Positions 19,522-20,000 of a stretch of 20,000 bases of DNA are shown piece by piece. The stretch is from Chiloscyllium plagiosum (taxonomy: Eukaryota). The stretch lies in the NCBI RefSeq assembly GCF_004010195.1, contig NC_057711.1, forward strand, positions 80,378,852 through 80,398,851, given 5' to 3'. The first letter of the stretch is position 1. Each line of letters starts with the position of its first letter. A program made the translations under genes and the position numbers. The notes beneath the pieces are model-generated. The model did no database searches. It was given only the letters and a program-made list of their open reading frames with translations, and was not told the origin of the DNA.

Positions 19522-20000
19522 TCTTCCTCCAAGCGTCTGGTGGTGAGGGAGCAGCGGTGAAGGTGACCCAGGACCTCCATGTCCTCAGCAGAGTGGGAGG
19601 GGAAGTTGAAATGTTGGGCCACAGGGTGGTGTGGTTGATTGGTGCGGGTGTCCCAGAGATGTTCCCTAAAGCGCTCTGCTAGGAGGCGCCAAGTCTCCCC
19701 AGTGTAGAGGAGACTGCGTCGGGAGCAACAGATACAACAAATGATATTAGTGGATGTCCAGGTAAAACTTTGATGGATGTGGAAGGCTCCTTTAGGGCCT
19801 TGGATAGAGGTGAGGGAGGAGGTGTGGGCGCAGGTTTTACAGTTCCTGCGGTGGCAGGGGAAGGTGCCAGGAGGGGAGGGTGGGTTGTAGGGGTGTGTGG
19901 ACCTGACCAGGTAGTCACGGAGGGAACGGTCTTTGTGGAAGGCGGAAAGGGGTGGGGAGGGAAATATATCCCTGGTGGTGGGGACTTTTTGGAGGTGGCG
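19522..20000 (-). mobile_element. Penelope-like element (Neptune-type) Cys-rich linker and GIY-YIG endonuclease, running off the window
   Basis: Stop-free frame from 20000: ..DIFPSPPLSAFHKDRSLRDYLVRS..GTFPCHRRNCKTCAH..FTWTSTNIICCICCSRRSLLYTGETWRLLAERFREH..PVAQHFN..HS..RRLEE. Confidence 0.92.

Overview
This is eukaryotic, non-coding, repeat-dense DNA from a draft assembly with a 668-N gap at 13931-14598. The repeat families (HE1/V-SINE, HER1/CR1 LINEs, a Deu-SINE-like SINE) point to a cartilaginous fish, probably a shark; that is an inference from recalled consensus sequences, not a database search. I cannot support any intact host gene. The window holds layered mobile-element fossils: several CR1 LINE fragments (ORF1, RT, 3' ends), three 3' ends of a second CR1/L2-group LINE and two copies of its partner SINE, a Rex/Babar 3' end, two Penelope-like element (PLE) families, a decayed Gypsy pol with a probable PPT and 3' LTR, and one or two PIF/Harbinger transposase relics. 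The most interesting items are two PLE-borne minimal hammerhead-ribozyme motifs, a tailless 84-bp tRNA-like SINE head flanked by a perfect 39-bp direct repeat, an inverted PLE insertion inside the Gypsy integrase that was later caught in a 600-bp tandem duplication, and a start-less 162-codon Neptune-type GIY-YIG frame missing from the ORF track. I found no convincing previously undescribed biological system; the findings are unusual instances of known classes.
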